A stretch of DNA of 64,000 nucleotides from the IMG/VR virus record IMGVR_UViG_3300028888_001839, positions 57,001 to 121,000 of that record; one strand, given 5' to 3'. The position numbers were made by a program, and so were the translations under genes. Source of the stretch: a virus. Lineage: Duplodnaviria; Heunggongvirae; Uroviricota; Caudoviricetes. The notes below the pieces were generated by a model that was not told where the DNA came from, made no database searches, and was given only the letters and a program-made list of their open reading frames with translations. Below, piece after piece: positions 47,233 through 56,879 of this stretch; the stretch's first letter is position 1, and the number at the start of each line of letters is the position of its first letter.

Positions 47233-48522
47233 ATGGTAGTGTACGTGCTAGATAGAGAGGGCAAACCTCTGATGCCGACCAAGCGGTGCGGCTGGGTTGC
47301 CTATGCTCTAAAGCACGGAGAGGCGAAGGTAGTGAGGCGAGAGCCGTTCACAATCAAGCTCCTCCGTGATAGCACTCGCTATCTCCAAGAGGTGACTCTT
47401 GGTGTTGATACTGGAAGCCGCCACATCGGGCTTTCCGCATCATCCAAAAAGGAAGAACTCTATTCCGCACAGGTGGAATTGAGGTCTGATGTGTCTGAAC
47501 TCCTGACGGCCCGCAGGGAGTTGAGAAGAGGACGGCGGAGGAGACACAACTGGTACAGACCAGTAAGGTGGATGAATAGAAAACGTCATCTACATACTCT
47601 TCCACCATGCGAATTGCCTACCAGCATCAAGCATAATGCGGATTCACACGTACGGGCAATTGAGTTCGTATGTAAGATTCTGCCTATAAGCAAGTTGCGG
47701 GTGGAGATAGGGAAGTTCGATTCGCAAAAGATTCAGAATAACGAAATCCACAATGAGCAGTACCAGCTAGGGACATTGGCTGGATGGGAGAACCTGAAAG
47801 CCTATGCTAAGTGGAGGGACGGCTACAAGTGCAGAGTGTGCGGAAAGTCTCCACGGAGGGATACTTCCGTAAGGTTGGAGGTACATCATGTTCGCCGCAG
47901 GGCGGACGGTGGCAGCGACACACCAGACAATGTGATTACGTTGTGCCATGAGTGCCACGAAGCGCACCACCAGAAGAAGACGGTGTTGAAGTTCAAGAAA
48001 CCTCCATCCCACAAGAACGAAGCCTATATGAATTCTATGCGGCAGTATCTGCGGGAAGCAATCTTCTCGGGGTTTGATTACAGGTTCATAAAGCAAGAGT
48101 ACACCTATGGCTATGAGACGGCAATGGCTCGCCGGGAGCATGATATAGAGAAGAGCCATAGCAACGATGCATACTGTATAGCAGGAAACTTTAGTGCTTC
48201 ACACAATTTCCACAATGTGTACCTTCACAAGTTCGTTCGCCGCCACAACAGACAGTTGCACAAGACCACGATACTGAAAGGCGGAATCCGCAAGGCGAAC
48301 CAAGCCCCGAAGTATGTGTTCGGATTCCGCCTGTTCGACATGGTATCGTACAAGGGTATTCCATGCTTCGTGTTCGGGCGAAGGTCAAGCGGTTGGTTCG
48401 ACATACGAACATTGGGCGGCAAGAAGATTTCGGCTGGGGTCTCGTACAAGAGGCTCAAGCCATTAACAAAGTCAACAACAATGTTAACAGGAAGGAGGGT
48501 GTGCAATTCCTCCCAAGTCTAA
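47233..48522 (+). CDS. iscB: RNA-guided endonuclease IscB
   Basis: PLMP domain, RuvC-I GVDTG, Arg-rich bridge helix, RuvC-II E, HNH (VHH...GGSD..DNVITLCHECH), RuvC-III HSNDA. Confidence 0.95.
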   Translation: MVVYVLDREGKPLMPTKRCGWVAYALKHGEAKVVRREPFTIKLLRDSTRYLQEVTLGVDTGSRHIGLSASSKKEELYSAQVELRSDVSELLTARRELRRGRRRRHNWYRPVRWMNRKRHLHTLPPCELPTSIKHNADSHVRAIEFVCKILPISKLRVEIGKFDSQKIQNNEIHNEQYQLGTLAGWENLKAYAKWRDGYKCRVCGKSPRRDTSVRLEVHHVRRRADGGSDTPDNVITLCHECHEAHHQKKTVLKFKKPPSHKNEAYMNSMRQYLREAIFSGFDYRFIKQEYTYGYETAMARREHDIEKSHSNDAYCIAGNFSASHNFHNVYLHKFVRRHNRQLHKTTILKGGIRKANQAPKYVFGFRLFDMVSYKGIPCFVFGRRSSGWFDIRTLGGKKISAGVSYKRLKPLTKSTTMLTGRRVCNSSQV

Positions 48523-48549
48523 AGCCTTGGGTTTCCTTGCACACATTCT

Positions 48550-49041
48550 ATGAAGAAGATAGAGACGGATGCGGACGTGCTAGAGTGGGCGCGGACGATG
48601 GTTGAAGCGAAGGGTGACAAGTTCACCCCTCTCTCCAAGGGAGAGCAGTTCGTTATCGCAAAGTACATAGTGGCTAATGATAATGGCATGGTGTTAACCG
48701 AGCCAGAGGAGAAGCCAGAGCAGACAACCGCCACGGCAACCAAGGTGGAAGAGCCGCCCCCACCTCCGCCGATGCCGTCCGTCCAAGGGGATTCGGTATC
48801 TGCGCCACTAGAGCCGCCAACCTCCAAGGCTACTATGACTAGAGCCTATGCCTACCATCGTGCGGGCTTCGACGTGCAGCAGGCATACGACAAGTTCCTC
48901 GAGTGGTGCAAGGGTCATCCCAAGTCCAAGGAGGTGATGGACTTCTCCACGGGACACAAGAGCGTCGATGCCGCATTCGCCTACTGGCTCGGAGAGATAA
49001 TCACGGTTGATGTCCCTACCACGACTTACTGCACTATCTAG
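48550..49041 (+). CDS. Hypothetical protein (start codon abuts IscB element right end)
   Basis: 163-aa ORF; no SD in current context. Confidence 0.7.
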   Translation: MKKIETDADVLEWARTMVEAKGDKFTPLSKGEQFVIAKYIVANDNGMVLTEPEEKPEQTTATATKVEEPPPPPPMPSVQGDSVSAPLEPPTSKATMTRAYAYHRAGFDVQQAYDKFLEWCKGHPKSKEVMDFSTGHKSVDAAFAYWLGEIITVDVPTTTYCTI

Positions 49042-49044
49042 CCG

Positions 49045-49503
49045 ATGGACACGATTCCAGAGAGTGCTGCCACAACCCTAGTGAGGATTGAGGTAATCGT
49101 CCTGCAGGGGATTCTCCGTGCCGTCCTTCTGTCGGTGGCTGGCATTGTACTGATGCCCATAGCCCCGTTCGTAGTGACGGTGATGAGATTCCGTGTTGCC
49201 AAGATGCCGTGGTGGTGGAGGACTCTGATGATTCCATATTGGTTCGTTCTAGGGATTCTCCTAGCCGTCATAGCCCCGTTCTCTACCCTATGGAGAGGGC
49301 TGTCGGACACGATAGGCATTGCGGCTGTGGAGTGGAAGGAAAGATGGCGCAACGGGATAGCCAAGTACCCAGACGGGAGACCCATGCTCATCCCGACGGT
49401 AGAGCAGGAGCGGCTGGTTGACGTCGCCATAACCAAGAGCGTCATAGAGGACTACAACGAAGAGGCGAGGCAGCACGGGCAGGGCATTCCACCCATTGAC
49501 TAG
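49045..49503 (+). CDS. Membrane protein
   Basis: Two long hydrophobic segments. Confidence 0.65.
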   Translation: MDTIPESAATTLVRIEVIVLQGILRAVLLSVAGIVLMPIAPFVVTVMRFRVAKMPWWWRTLMIPYWFVLGILLAVIAPFSTLWRGLSDTIGIAAVEWKERWRNGIAKYPDGRPMLIPTVEQERLVDVAITKSVIEDYNEEARQHGQGIPPID

Positions 49504-49526
49504 GTTGCCTAAGTTAGACAATACTT

Positions 49527-49578
49527 TAGCCGCCGTCCCTTCCCCTCCCCCCATCGGACGGCGGCTATTTCTTTTTTC
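49527..49578 (+). terminator. Intrinsic terminator
   Basis: tagccgccgtcc/ggacggcggcta stem followed by T-tract. Confidence 0.8.
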
Positions 49579-49598
49579 ATTTTTCTTTCATTACCCCC

Positions 49599-49627
49599 TT
49601 GCAACCCAAAGGGGAGTTTGATATACT
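49599..49627 (+). promoter_or_regulatory. Cassette promoter
   Basis: TTGCAA-17-TATACT. Confidence 0.85.
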
Positions 49628-49691
49628 ATTCGCCGTCAAGCCCAATAGGGCGAACGAATCAAGGACAACGAAACAACAAGGACAAAAGACA

Positions 49692-50063
49692 ATGACAAGA
49701 AGTTTCAAGGTTACGATAACCACTAGGAAGGGCGAGGAGATGCCCACAGAGGAGCGGATCCATGATGCCGTGTTGGGGCGCGGTCTATCGTGGGTTTCCA
49801 TCAAGTTGGTGGAAGTAGAAGCGATTCAGAACAAGAAGAAGGTTCGCAAGGAAGGGAAGCGGTGGAATCTTCAGAAACTTGCCATTGTTGACTTGGGGCT
49901 TTCCAACCTTCAAGTGGTTCAACTGAACGAGATTGGCTCACAGATAGCAGAAGGGAGGGCAACCTATCAAGAGATGGCGGAAAGCCTCTCTAACGAAGAA
50001 GCGGTATACCTCTTTGCTTGGTTGGAGAATGAGGGAATTAAGGTAAAGGGTAAGGGCAAGTAA
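49692..50063 (+). CDS. Hypothetical early protein
   Basis: After AAGGAC leader. Confidence 0.7.
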   Translation: MTRSFKVTITTRKGEEMPTEERIHDAVLGRGLSWVSIKLVEVEAIQNKKKVRKEGKRWNLQKLAIVDLGLSNLQVVQLNEIGSQIAEGRATYQEMAESLSNEEAVYLFAWLENEGIKVKGKGK

Positions 50064-50064
50064 G

Positions 50065-50361
50065 ATGACAAAGGATACGGCAGAGAAGGTAGCGAAGTTC
50101 AACACCACGGAAGAGATTCAGAAGTGGAGTTCGGGAGTGGCTAAGTTTGCCGCCGATGCACACCCGCATCTTGCGGCGGCCGCTTCAAGGGCTTGCAACG
50201 AATGTCCGTTTAGGAACAACCTTACGATGGGCGGTTGCATAAGCGAGGAGTGTCCTATACACATGGTGCGGAAAGCCCTGCAGTTGGCAACGAAGAGGGT
50301 AGCGGCAAGTGCGAAGGAAATCTACAAGGTGAAGTACAGAGTCAAGACGGCTTGGAAATGA
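50065..50361 (+). CDS. Cys-containing hypothetical protein
   Basis: CNECP...C...CP. Confidence 0.65.
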   Translation: MTKDTAEKVAKFNTTEEIQKWSSGVAKFAADAHPHLAAAASRACNECPFRNNLTMGGCISEECPIHMVRKALQLATKRVAASAKEIYKVKYRVKTAWK

Positions 50362-50371
50362 GAGGATATGT

Positions 50372-50554
50372 ATGTTTTCAATAGGCGATAGAGTTCAGGT
50401 GTGTGACAATCCCAACTATTCCACAAGAGGATGCAAGGGAACGGTGATTGCCAAAAACAAGGACGGATGGCCGTATGAGGTGCGGCTCGACAACCATCCG
50501 TTTGTGCGGACGATGTTTTACTTTGAAGACGATTTGACAAAAATCAAGGAGTGA
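50372..50554 (+). CDS. Small SH3/KOW-like protein
   Basis: FSIGDRVQV...GTVI...YEVRLD. Confidence 0.55.
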   Translation: MFSIGDRVQVCDNPNYSTRGCKGTVIAKNKDGWPYEVRLDNHPFVRTMFYFEDDLTKIKE

Positions 50555-50557
50555 AAA

Positions 50558-50812
50558 ATGAAGAAAGACAACGGAACAACGAAGAAGGGACGAACGGTAG
50601 TCCTCAACAAGAAGACAACCCCCGATGCGGCTAAGTGGGTGCGGTGGCTCGAAGAGAACTGCCAAGCATCCACGGGGCCTTACGGGAATCTGACGGGAAT
50701 GCGCAACATCTATTGGGGACGGCAAGCGCTTATTGTGAAGGCGGGCGCTTACCTCTACCTTATCAAGAGCATAGACGATGGGCGGATGTTGCCTTGGGAG
50801 AGTGTGGTATAA
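50558..50812 (+). CDS. Hypothetical protein
   Basis: AAGGAG SD. Confidence 0.65.
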   Translation: MKKDNGTTKKGRTVVLNKKTTPDAAKWVRWLEENCQASTGPYGNLTGMRNIYWGRQALIVKAGAYLYLIKSIDDGRMLPWESVV

Positions 50813-51014
50813 TGTCTAAAGAGGACATAGAGCGGTTGATTAAGTTGATAGAAGCCTTTCGGCTTGAACTATGCAAGGCTAACAAAGAGGGATGTAGGGG
50901 ATGCCCTAGTTCGTCTATATGTGATTCGGCTGTGAGCGTTTGGGCTAAACTTATTAGGATGAGAGCCGTAAAAAGTGGGGTTAAAAATTTTTTCTAAAAT
51001 CTTTCATTGCCCCC

Positions 51015-51043
51015 TTGCTATGCGACCGCAAGTGTGATATACT
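51015..51043 (+). promoter_or_regulatory. Cassette promoter
   Basis: TTGCTA-17-TATACT. Confidence 0.8.
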
Positions 51044-51102
51044 ATGTCCGCTTTCCGCGTGGAAGGCACGACAACAAGGACAACAAAGACAAGGACAAGA
51101 CA

Positions 51103-51432
51103 ATGAAGAAGATGATGATGACGGAAACCAAGGGCGAAGCCTGGAAGGTAGAGGCTCTTTTCAATAAGGTGAAAAAGGCTCTTGCGGAAGGTAAAACTTT
51201 TGTGGATGCCGATTGCTATTGCGCAGACACAATTTCTTTCACAGACTTTATGGAAGGCGGGATTGACATTCCCTATGGTACGATAGTTTATGTCTTTCGT
51301 GGCATTGGCAATGGTGAAGCCGTCTGGGACATCTACAAGTTTGGGTATAATGGGGAGTTCGCCGCAAGCAAGGACAATGAGGGCGATGTTGCGGGGCTTG
51401 TCAATGCGGGTGATACGTGGTTTCCCTTCTGA
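51103..51432 (+). CDS. Hypothetical early protein
   Basis: After AAGGAC leader. Confidence 0.7.
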   Translation: MKKMMMTETKGEAWKVEALFNKVKKALAEGKTFVDADCYCADTISFTDFMEGGIDIPYGTIVYVFRGIGNGEAVWDIYKFGYNGEFAASKDNEGDVAGLVNAGDTWFPF

Positions 51433-51626
51433 TTGGACAACACTAAGGAGAGTCAACGGAGAGGACGGCGGAGAGATTCGCCGCCCTTCTCTTTTGCTTC
51501 TGGGTTCTCGATGGTTCAACCTCGCTCATCCCGTCCCCTTCCCGATTCGGGATTGGTTCTGCCGCCACCCTTCTGCGGCGGATTCCCCCTCCCGAAAAAA
51601 AAGTTGAAAAAAGTTTGATTACCCCC

Positions 51627-51655
51627 TTGCAATGCAATCGGGGATTTGATATACT
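51627..51655 (+). promoter_or_regulatory. Cassette promoter
   Basis: TTGCAA-17-TATACT. Confidence 0.85.
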
Positions 51656-51742
51656 ATGCGGCGTCCGAGGGACAAGGGCAAGAAAGCGGCAAGCCGAGTG
51701 GCAAGCCCCCCGCAACCCCGAGGACAGGACAGGACAAGACAC

Positions 51743-51919
51743 ATGAGCAAGTCATTCAAGGGCAACGGCAACCGCAAGGGCAAGATGGTTATCAAGGCGG
51801 AGTTGGTAAGCAACCCCGTGGAGGAGTGGGTAGAGTTCCGCGTCTACTTGGGCAAGAAGGTGATTGACTCCTTCGGTTCTGAAGCCAAGGCAAAGGCTTT
51901 CGTGAAGAGGGCGGCATAA
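51743..51919 (+). CDS. Small hypothetical protein
   Basis: After aggacaggacaggacaagac; ends KRAA. Confidence 0.65.
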   Translation: MSKSFKGNGNRKGKMVIKAELVSNPVEEWVEFRVYLGKKVIDSFGSEAKAKAFVKRAA

Positions 51920-51988
51920 ACCCACAAGGGGGAGGGGCAAGCAACCCCTCCCCCACAACCGAACACAAGAGAAGGAAAGGACTAGATA

Positions 51989-52168
51989 ATGGCTAACAAG
52001 TTCAAGAGGGGCGATGTGGTGAGGCTTATCGGGCATGAAGAGGCGATGACCGTCTGTCATGTTGAGGAAACGGAAGCGAACATCTACTATGTCTCATGCT
52101 TTAGTCGTGTTTTTGGCGGAATTTGCTCCTTCTATAGCGACCAACTGGAGCTTGTGAAGGCGGCATAA
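51989..52168 (+). CDS. Small YodC-like (SH3-type) protein
   Basis: FKRGDVVRL.....MTV; ends VKAA. Confidence 0.55.
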   Translation: MANKFKRGDVVRLIGHEEAMTVCHVEETEANIYYVSCFSRVFGGICSFYSDQLELVKAA

Positions 52169-52227
52169 CCGAATAAGGGAAGTCGGGGGGAAGGGCTAGC
52201 AACCCTTCCCTTCGGCATTTTTAGGCG

Positions 52228-52731
52228 ATGAGGACACTAGCATACATGGTGGTTGCGGCATTAGCCGTCATGGGCATTGACACAACGGAAGCGGCAACAA
52301 GGGCGGCGGCATTCCTCAAGACGGTTGAGGGATTCCGCTCTACCGCCTATGACGATGCGGCGGGCAACCGCACGATAGGCTACGGATTCACTTCGGCGGA
52401 CATGATAGGCAAGGGGCGAATCACGGAGGGGGAAGCATCCGTGGAACTTGCCCGCATCTGCCGCAGCCTCTCCTCGAAGCTACGGGCGGAACTAGGCGGG
52501 CAACGCCTGACTGTGGCGGAAGAGGCGGCTTTGATTTCATTCATCTACAACATAGGTTGGAGCAACTTCAAGGGTTCAACCATGTGCCGTCTCCTTAAGG
52601 AGGGGAAGAGGGGTAGAGTGGTTGCGGCGGAGTTCTCCAAGTGGGTGTACGTGACGAAGGGCGGAAGGAAGGTCGTGTGCAAGGGCTTGAAGAGGCGGAG
52701 GGCGAAGGAGAGGAGGAAGTTCATGGCATGA
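52228..52731 (+). CDS. GH24 lysozyme with N-terminal signal/SAR-like segment
   Basis: EGFRSTAYDDAAGNRTIGYG (E-8-D-5-T), ALISFIYNIG, W.Y...GL.RRR..E. Confidence 0.9.
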   Translation: MRTLAYMVVAALAVMGIDTTEAATRAAAFLKTVEGFRSTAYDDAAGNRTIGYGFTSADMIGKGRITEGEASVELARICRSLSSKLRAELGGQRLTVAEEAALISFIYNIGWSNFKGSTMCRLLKEGKRGRVVAAEFSKWVYVTKGGRKVVCKGLKRRRAKERRKFMA

Positions 52732-52929
52732 CAGAATCCCGAAAGGTAGGCTCATTGGGGCGGATGCTACGGCGTCCGCCCCTTTCATTTGCGCCGAATC
52801 TGCGGCGGCTCATCCCTGCCGATATCGTCCAAGCCCAATGTTTACAAGGCTCTAGGCTTCAAAAGCCGTGCGGCTTCATTCCCCCGAAAACACCCGCTAA
52901 AAAAAATTAAAAAAAGTTGAATTACCCGC

Positions 52930-52958
52930 TTGCAATGAGACCGCCGATGTGATATACT
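52930..52958 (+). promoter_or_regulatory. Cassette promoter
   Basis: TTGCAA-17-TATACT. Confidence 0.85.
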
Positions 52959-53022
52959 ATGCGCCGTTGACCCCGCGTGGGGTTGGCAATCAAGGACAAG
53001 GACAACCGAAAGGACAACAAAG

Positions 53023-53457
53023 ATGAACACGAACACGAACAACGGAAACGCCAAGGGTAAGGTTTTCGCCCGCGTGGTTTTCTTCATGTCGCAAGACCCC
53101 GACACGGACGGGTGGGAGCCTATGGCTTACTTCCCCGATATTCGGTGTGAGGAGGGCAACGGACGCAACCGCAAATCCTATATGCACGGCTACGGATTCG
53201 GGCCTTGCGCCGAATCGTATCTCTTTGAGGACTGCCGCGTGCCGTCCAACAAGTTCGACAGGGCTGCCGTCAAGCGGCTCAAGGAGGAAATCGAGGGGCT
53301 AGAGGACAACTACGTTCTCACTGTGGTTGACACCGCCGAATGGGTTGCAAGCAAGGCGGAGCGCGCGGCGGAGGTGAAGGACATTATCTTCCAACTCTGC
53401 TACAAGAAGGATTCTGAGGCGATGTTTGCGGCGAATGCCAACCGCAAGAGGGCATAA
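53023..53457 (+). CDS. Hypothetical early protein
   Basis: After AAGGAC leader; ends RKRA. Confidence 0.7.
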   Translation: MNTNTNNGNAKGKVFARVVFFMSQDPDTDGWEPMAYFPDIRCEEGNGRNRKSYMHGYGFGPCAESYLFEDCRVPSNKFDRAAVKRLKEEIEGLEDNYVLTVVDTAEWVASKAERAAEVKDIIFQLCYKKDSEAMFAANANRKRA

Positions 53458-53695
53458 CCCCGAACGGAAGGACGGCCACGGAGGGCAACGGGAACACACC
53501 CGCCGCCCTTCTTGCATTCTGGAGTCGCTAAAGACTTCTGGAGTCGCTCAAGACTGCCTCAACTCATCCCGTCCCCAACTCCCGATGCCGCCCAATCGAC
53601 GGCTTCAACCGCCCTAGCCGATTTGCTATGTCCCCTAGCGGATTTGCTAGCCCTTCCCCACCCCGAAAAAAAGTTGATTTTTTATCATTGCCCTC

Positions 53696-53724
53696 TTGCA
53701 AGGCAACCGCCGATTTGCTATACT
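53696..53724 (+). promoter_or_regulatory. Cassette promoter
   Basis: TTGCAA-17-TATACT. Confidence 0.85.
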
Positions 53725-53789
53725 ATGCGGCGTTGCGAGGCAAAGGGCCAAAGCAACACTAAACAAGGACAACAAAGACGAGGTAAAAA

Positions 53790-53942
53790 ATGAATAAGTA
53801 CATTGTAACATTCCGTCATATGGGCGAGACCGTCACCCGTTTGGTTACGGCGGAAACCCGCGACCAAGCTATGAACTCGGTTTGTGGCTTTGTCTATAGT
53901 TGCGAACTTTGCCCGAAACACCTTGAGGGCTTGTTTGCCTAA
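53790..53942 (+). CDS. Small hypothetical protein
   Basis: GAGGT SD; MNKYIVTF...GLFA*. Confidence 0.6.
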   Translation: MNKYIVTFRHMGETVTRLVTAETRDQAMNSVCGFVYSCELCPKHLEGLFA

Positions 53943-54019
53943 TCCGCAAACGGCGGTAGGGGAAAGCCCCCTACCGTCCACGAAAAGAAACCGACAAGGA
54001 CAAGAAAGGACAAGAGACA

Positions 54020-54463
54020 ATGAGCAATCCGAATGACATAGTGGCGGTGAAGTTGGAAGGGTGCTTTACGGAGTGGTATAGCCCCAACTACAAGGAGCCG
54101 TTTGATGACAATGCGGACTACCGCAAGTATTACGAAGAGCATATCATTGACAAGCAACCCGTGATAGGCCCCGTCCTAGGCGGCGAAGATGGGCAATTCC
54201 TTTCCGATGACCTCCAATGCGTTGCGGAGCGGCTTTGTTGCGATGCACACGATTGGGACAAGGCAACGGAAGACCTTAAGGCAACAATCCAGATGTGCCT
54301 TGCGGACGGCAAGCCCCGCACATGGAGGGACATAGACGGAGTTGTGGCGGACGTGAAGATTACCCCCTTCAAGAAAGCGGAACTGCCGCCACTTACGGAC
54401 GATGCCCTTAAGGTGTTCGGGGATTACGGCTGGCTCATTCGGGAGAGGTACGAAGCAATCTAA
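54020..54463 (+). CDS. Hypothetical protein
   Basis: AAGGAC-rich leader. Confidence 0.7.
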   Translation: MSNPNDIVAVKLEGCFTEWYSPNYKEPFDDNADYRKYYEEHIIDKQPVIGPVLGGEDGQFLSDDLQCVAERLCCDAHDWDKATEDLKATIQMCLADGKPRTWRDIDGVVADVKITPFKKAELPPLTDDALKVFGDYGWLIRERYEAI

Positions 54464-54549
54464 ACAACAACACGGCGAAAGGGCTAGCGGTGGATTGTCT
54501 GCCACCTAGCCCCTAGCCCAACAAGCCTACAAGAGAGGACAACAAGGAA

Positions 54550-54855
54550 ATGGCAAGCGAGAATGCAGAGACGGCGGCAACCGCCATGGAGCGGACTGTC
54601 AACTCCTTCGGGAGCGATGAGAACTCCAAGTATATTGTTGAGAAGATGCTCACGATGCACCGAACCCTCAACCAGAAGTTCACGGGGGAAATCATCCTCC
54701 CCTTCATTCAGGCGATGGCACAGAAGTACGATGCCCACAGTTTTGACCTGCGGAACGAAGCCGCCTGCAAGGTGTGCCGAGTGATGTGGGATGCTATCAA
54801 GGCGGAGTATGAGATTGAGGATGATGCGGCGGACTTCCGCCTGCCCGTGATTTGA
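54550..54855 (+). CDS. Hypothetical protein
   Basis: HRTLNQ...DLRNEA motifs. Confidence 0.7.
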   Translation: MASENAETAATAMERTVNSFGSDENSKYIVEKMLTMHRTLNQKFTGEIILPFIQAMAQKYDAHSFDLRNEAACKVCRVMWDAIKAEYEIEDDAADFRLPVI

Positions 54856-55049
54856 TTTCACCCTACCACAAGAGCCGATGCAAAGATGCACAGGGCGGGG
54901 CGGAGGGGTGAAACCCTCTGCCCTTTTTCTATGCTCTACAACCTTCCTCATCCGCACCGCTTTCTCCGATGCCGTCCGCACATTTGGCAGCACCCCCAGA
55001 GTCCCCGAAAGCACTCCCGAAAAAAATTAAAAAATCTTTAATTGCCCCC

Positions 55050-55078
55050 TTGCAAGGGCAACGGAGATATGGTATACT
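55050..55078 (+). promoter_or_regulatory. Cassette promoter
   Basis: TTGCAA-17-TATACT. Confidence 0.85.
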
Positions 55079-55148
55079 ATGGGTGCTTTGAGAGACAAAG
55101 GGTCTTTCAAGGCAAGCAACAAGGACAATGACAACAAGGACAACAACA

Positions 55149-55544
55149 ATGACTAACATCAACCGAATCAACACGGAAAACCTCACCCCATACAATCATC
55201 AGAAGTCTTTTGGTGGACGGGCGAAGGTCAATACCTATGCCGTTGGCTCTGCCATTGTGGAGGTGCTTATCTCCTATGATACGGAGGTAGCGGCAACCAT
55301 TACGGCAAACGGCAAGACCAGTATCTTCCGCCTTTACGATGAAAACTTCTTTGAGGGCGGCATTGAGGGTTGGAATCACAAGGAATTCTATGGATATTCC
55401 ACAACCACGGGAAAGCACCTTGAAGCCTTTCATGCCCGCAACAATCTGAAATGGAACGGCAAGGCGGCATGGTGCAAGATAGCCCCCGTCACACTTGAAG
55501 CGGTTATCTCCCTTGCGGAGAATGGAGGTCGCAAGGCGGCATAG
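55149..55544 (+). CDS. Conserved phage hypothetical protein
   Basis: KSFGGRA...LISYDTEVA...YSTTTGKH; ends RKAA. Confidence 0.7.
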   Translation: MTNINRINTENLTPYNHQKSFGGRAKVNTYAVGSAIVEVLISYDTEVAATITANGKTSIFRLYDENFFEGGIEGWNHKEFYGYSTTTGKHLEAFHARNNLKWNGKAAWCKIAPVTLEAVISLAENGGRKAA

Positions 55545-55605
55545 CAAAGCACGGGGGGCGGGTGATGCCGCCCGTCCCCCATACCTACAAGGAAAGACAA
55601 GGACA

Positions 55606-55893
55606 ATGACAATGAACGAAAAAGAACTGGTAGAGGCCGCCATTAAGGGTTCAGTCATGGAAGGTGCAGAAATCACCTTCTATGATACCATTGGGGAGGG
55701 AGAAGAGACGGAGGTTTGGTTTATTCTTCGGAAGCCCGACTTTAACCCCAAGTGGCTTTATTTTGAAGCGATGGTGAAGGGCGGCAAGGTGCTTTTCGGC
55801 TTGCACGGGAATATCGGGTGGCATGGTGAAAGTACCGACCCGAATGAAACCTATCGTACAATGCTAGAGATTGGCGAAGATTCGGAATCGTAA
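55606..55893 (+). CDS. Hypothetical protein
   Basis: AAGGAC leader. Confidence 0.65.
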   Translation: MTMNEKELVEAAIKGSVMEGAEITFYDTIGEGEETEVWFILRKPDFNPKWLYFEAMVKGGKVLFGLHGNIGWHGESTDPNETYRTMLEIGEDSES

Positions 55894-55955
55894 AGACGGA
55901 GGGGAGGGGCTATCCTCTCCCATCCACAACCGACACACACAAGGAGAACCAACCA

Positions 55956-56357
55956 ATGAACACGACCAAAGCAACCAAAACCGAATTGCAAGCTTTATAC
56001 ACGGCTTTTGACATTCACCGCCGTGTTGCCGTGCTTGCGGCAAAGTGGACGGCATTTGACCCCTTCGGGGCGGTTGTCTATGAACTTAGGAACACCGAAG
56101 AATGTGCATGGGATCTTCGGCAGATAATTGATAGGGTGAAGTATTGGGACTACACGAAAGAGCCATATCATCCTCTCCGTCCGATTAAGGAGGGCAAGGA
56201 TCCCTATGCAACCTTCAAGAACCATATCAAGGGGATAGAGGGTGCAATTAGGCGGCTTCTCCGCAACTCCTGGATTGCTAGCTTTACGGACAACCGCATT
56301 CAATTGGCCGTTAGGGACATTCGGCTTAGCATCAATGAATTGCGGTCCCAGATGTGA
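55956..56357 (+). CDS. Hypothetical protein
   Basis: AAGGAG SD. Confidence 0.7.
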   Translation: MNTTKATKTELQALYTAFDIHRRVAVLAAKWTAFDPFGAVVYELRNTEECAWDLRQIIDRVKYWDYTKEPYHPLRPIKEGKDPYATFKNHIKGIEGAIRRLLRNSWIASFTDNRIQLAVRDIRLSINELRSQM

Positions 56358-56424
56358 ATAATGGGTTGCGGACGGCGGCAGAAATCCCCTCCGCAACTTT
56401 TTCAAAAAAAATCAAATTCCCCTC

Positions 56425-56453
56425 TTGCAAGCCGAACGGAACTTTGATACAAT
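56425..56453 (+). promoter_or_regulatory. Cassette promoter
   Basis: TTGCAA-17-TACAAT. Confidence 0.85.
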
Positions 56454-56503
56454 ATGCCGCGTAAGGGCAAAAAGCCCATAACAACAAAGACAAGGACAAG
56501 ACA

Positions 56504-56794
56504 ATGAACACGACAAACGAAACCATCACACTCTCGAACTCCATGGGGCTGGAGATTGACTTCACCCGTATTGAGTACAAGGATGCCAACTTCAAAGGCC
56601 CCACTTGGCTCACGGCACAGATACCCTCCGCCGAACTCCGCACCCTTTGCGGCAAGGACGGAACGGGCTACTTCTCCGTGACGGAAGATGAGGTGGAGAT
56701 TGCCCTTATTGATTGGCTTGCCAAGCACCTCAAGGGCGATGTTGCCAAGTTCAACTGGCAGTGGGACACCTACCGCACGGCGAAGGTTGCCTAA
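56504..56794 (+). CDS. Hypothetical early protein
   Basis: Ends AKVA. Confidence 0.7.
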   Translation: MNTTNETITLSNSMGLEIDFTRIEYKDANFKGPTWLTAQIPSAELRTLCGKDGTGYFSVTEDEVEIALIDWLAKHLKGDVAKFNWQWDTYRTAKVA

Positions 56795-56879
56795 CCGATT
56801 CTGGGGCGGTATGGGAAACCGTAGGAATCAAAGGTACTTCACCCATGCCACCCCCTTACCTTTCAACAAGGACGGCACA

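Larger units (their letters stand above)
46921..48549 (+). mobile_element. Non-autonomous IS200/IS605-family IscB (OMEGA) element
   Basis: Left-end hairpin cccaactc-ttca-gggttggg (46929-46948); right-end hairpin cccaag...cttggg (48512-48531); no tnpA. Confidence 0.8.
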
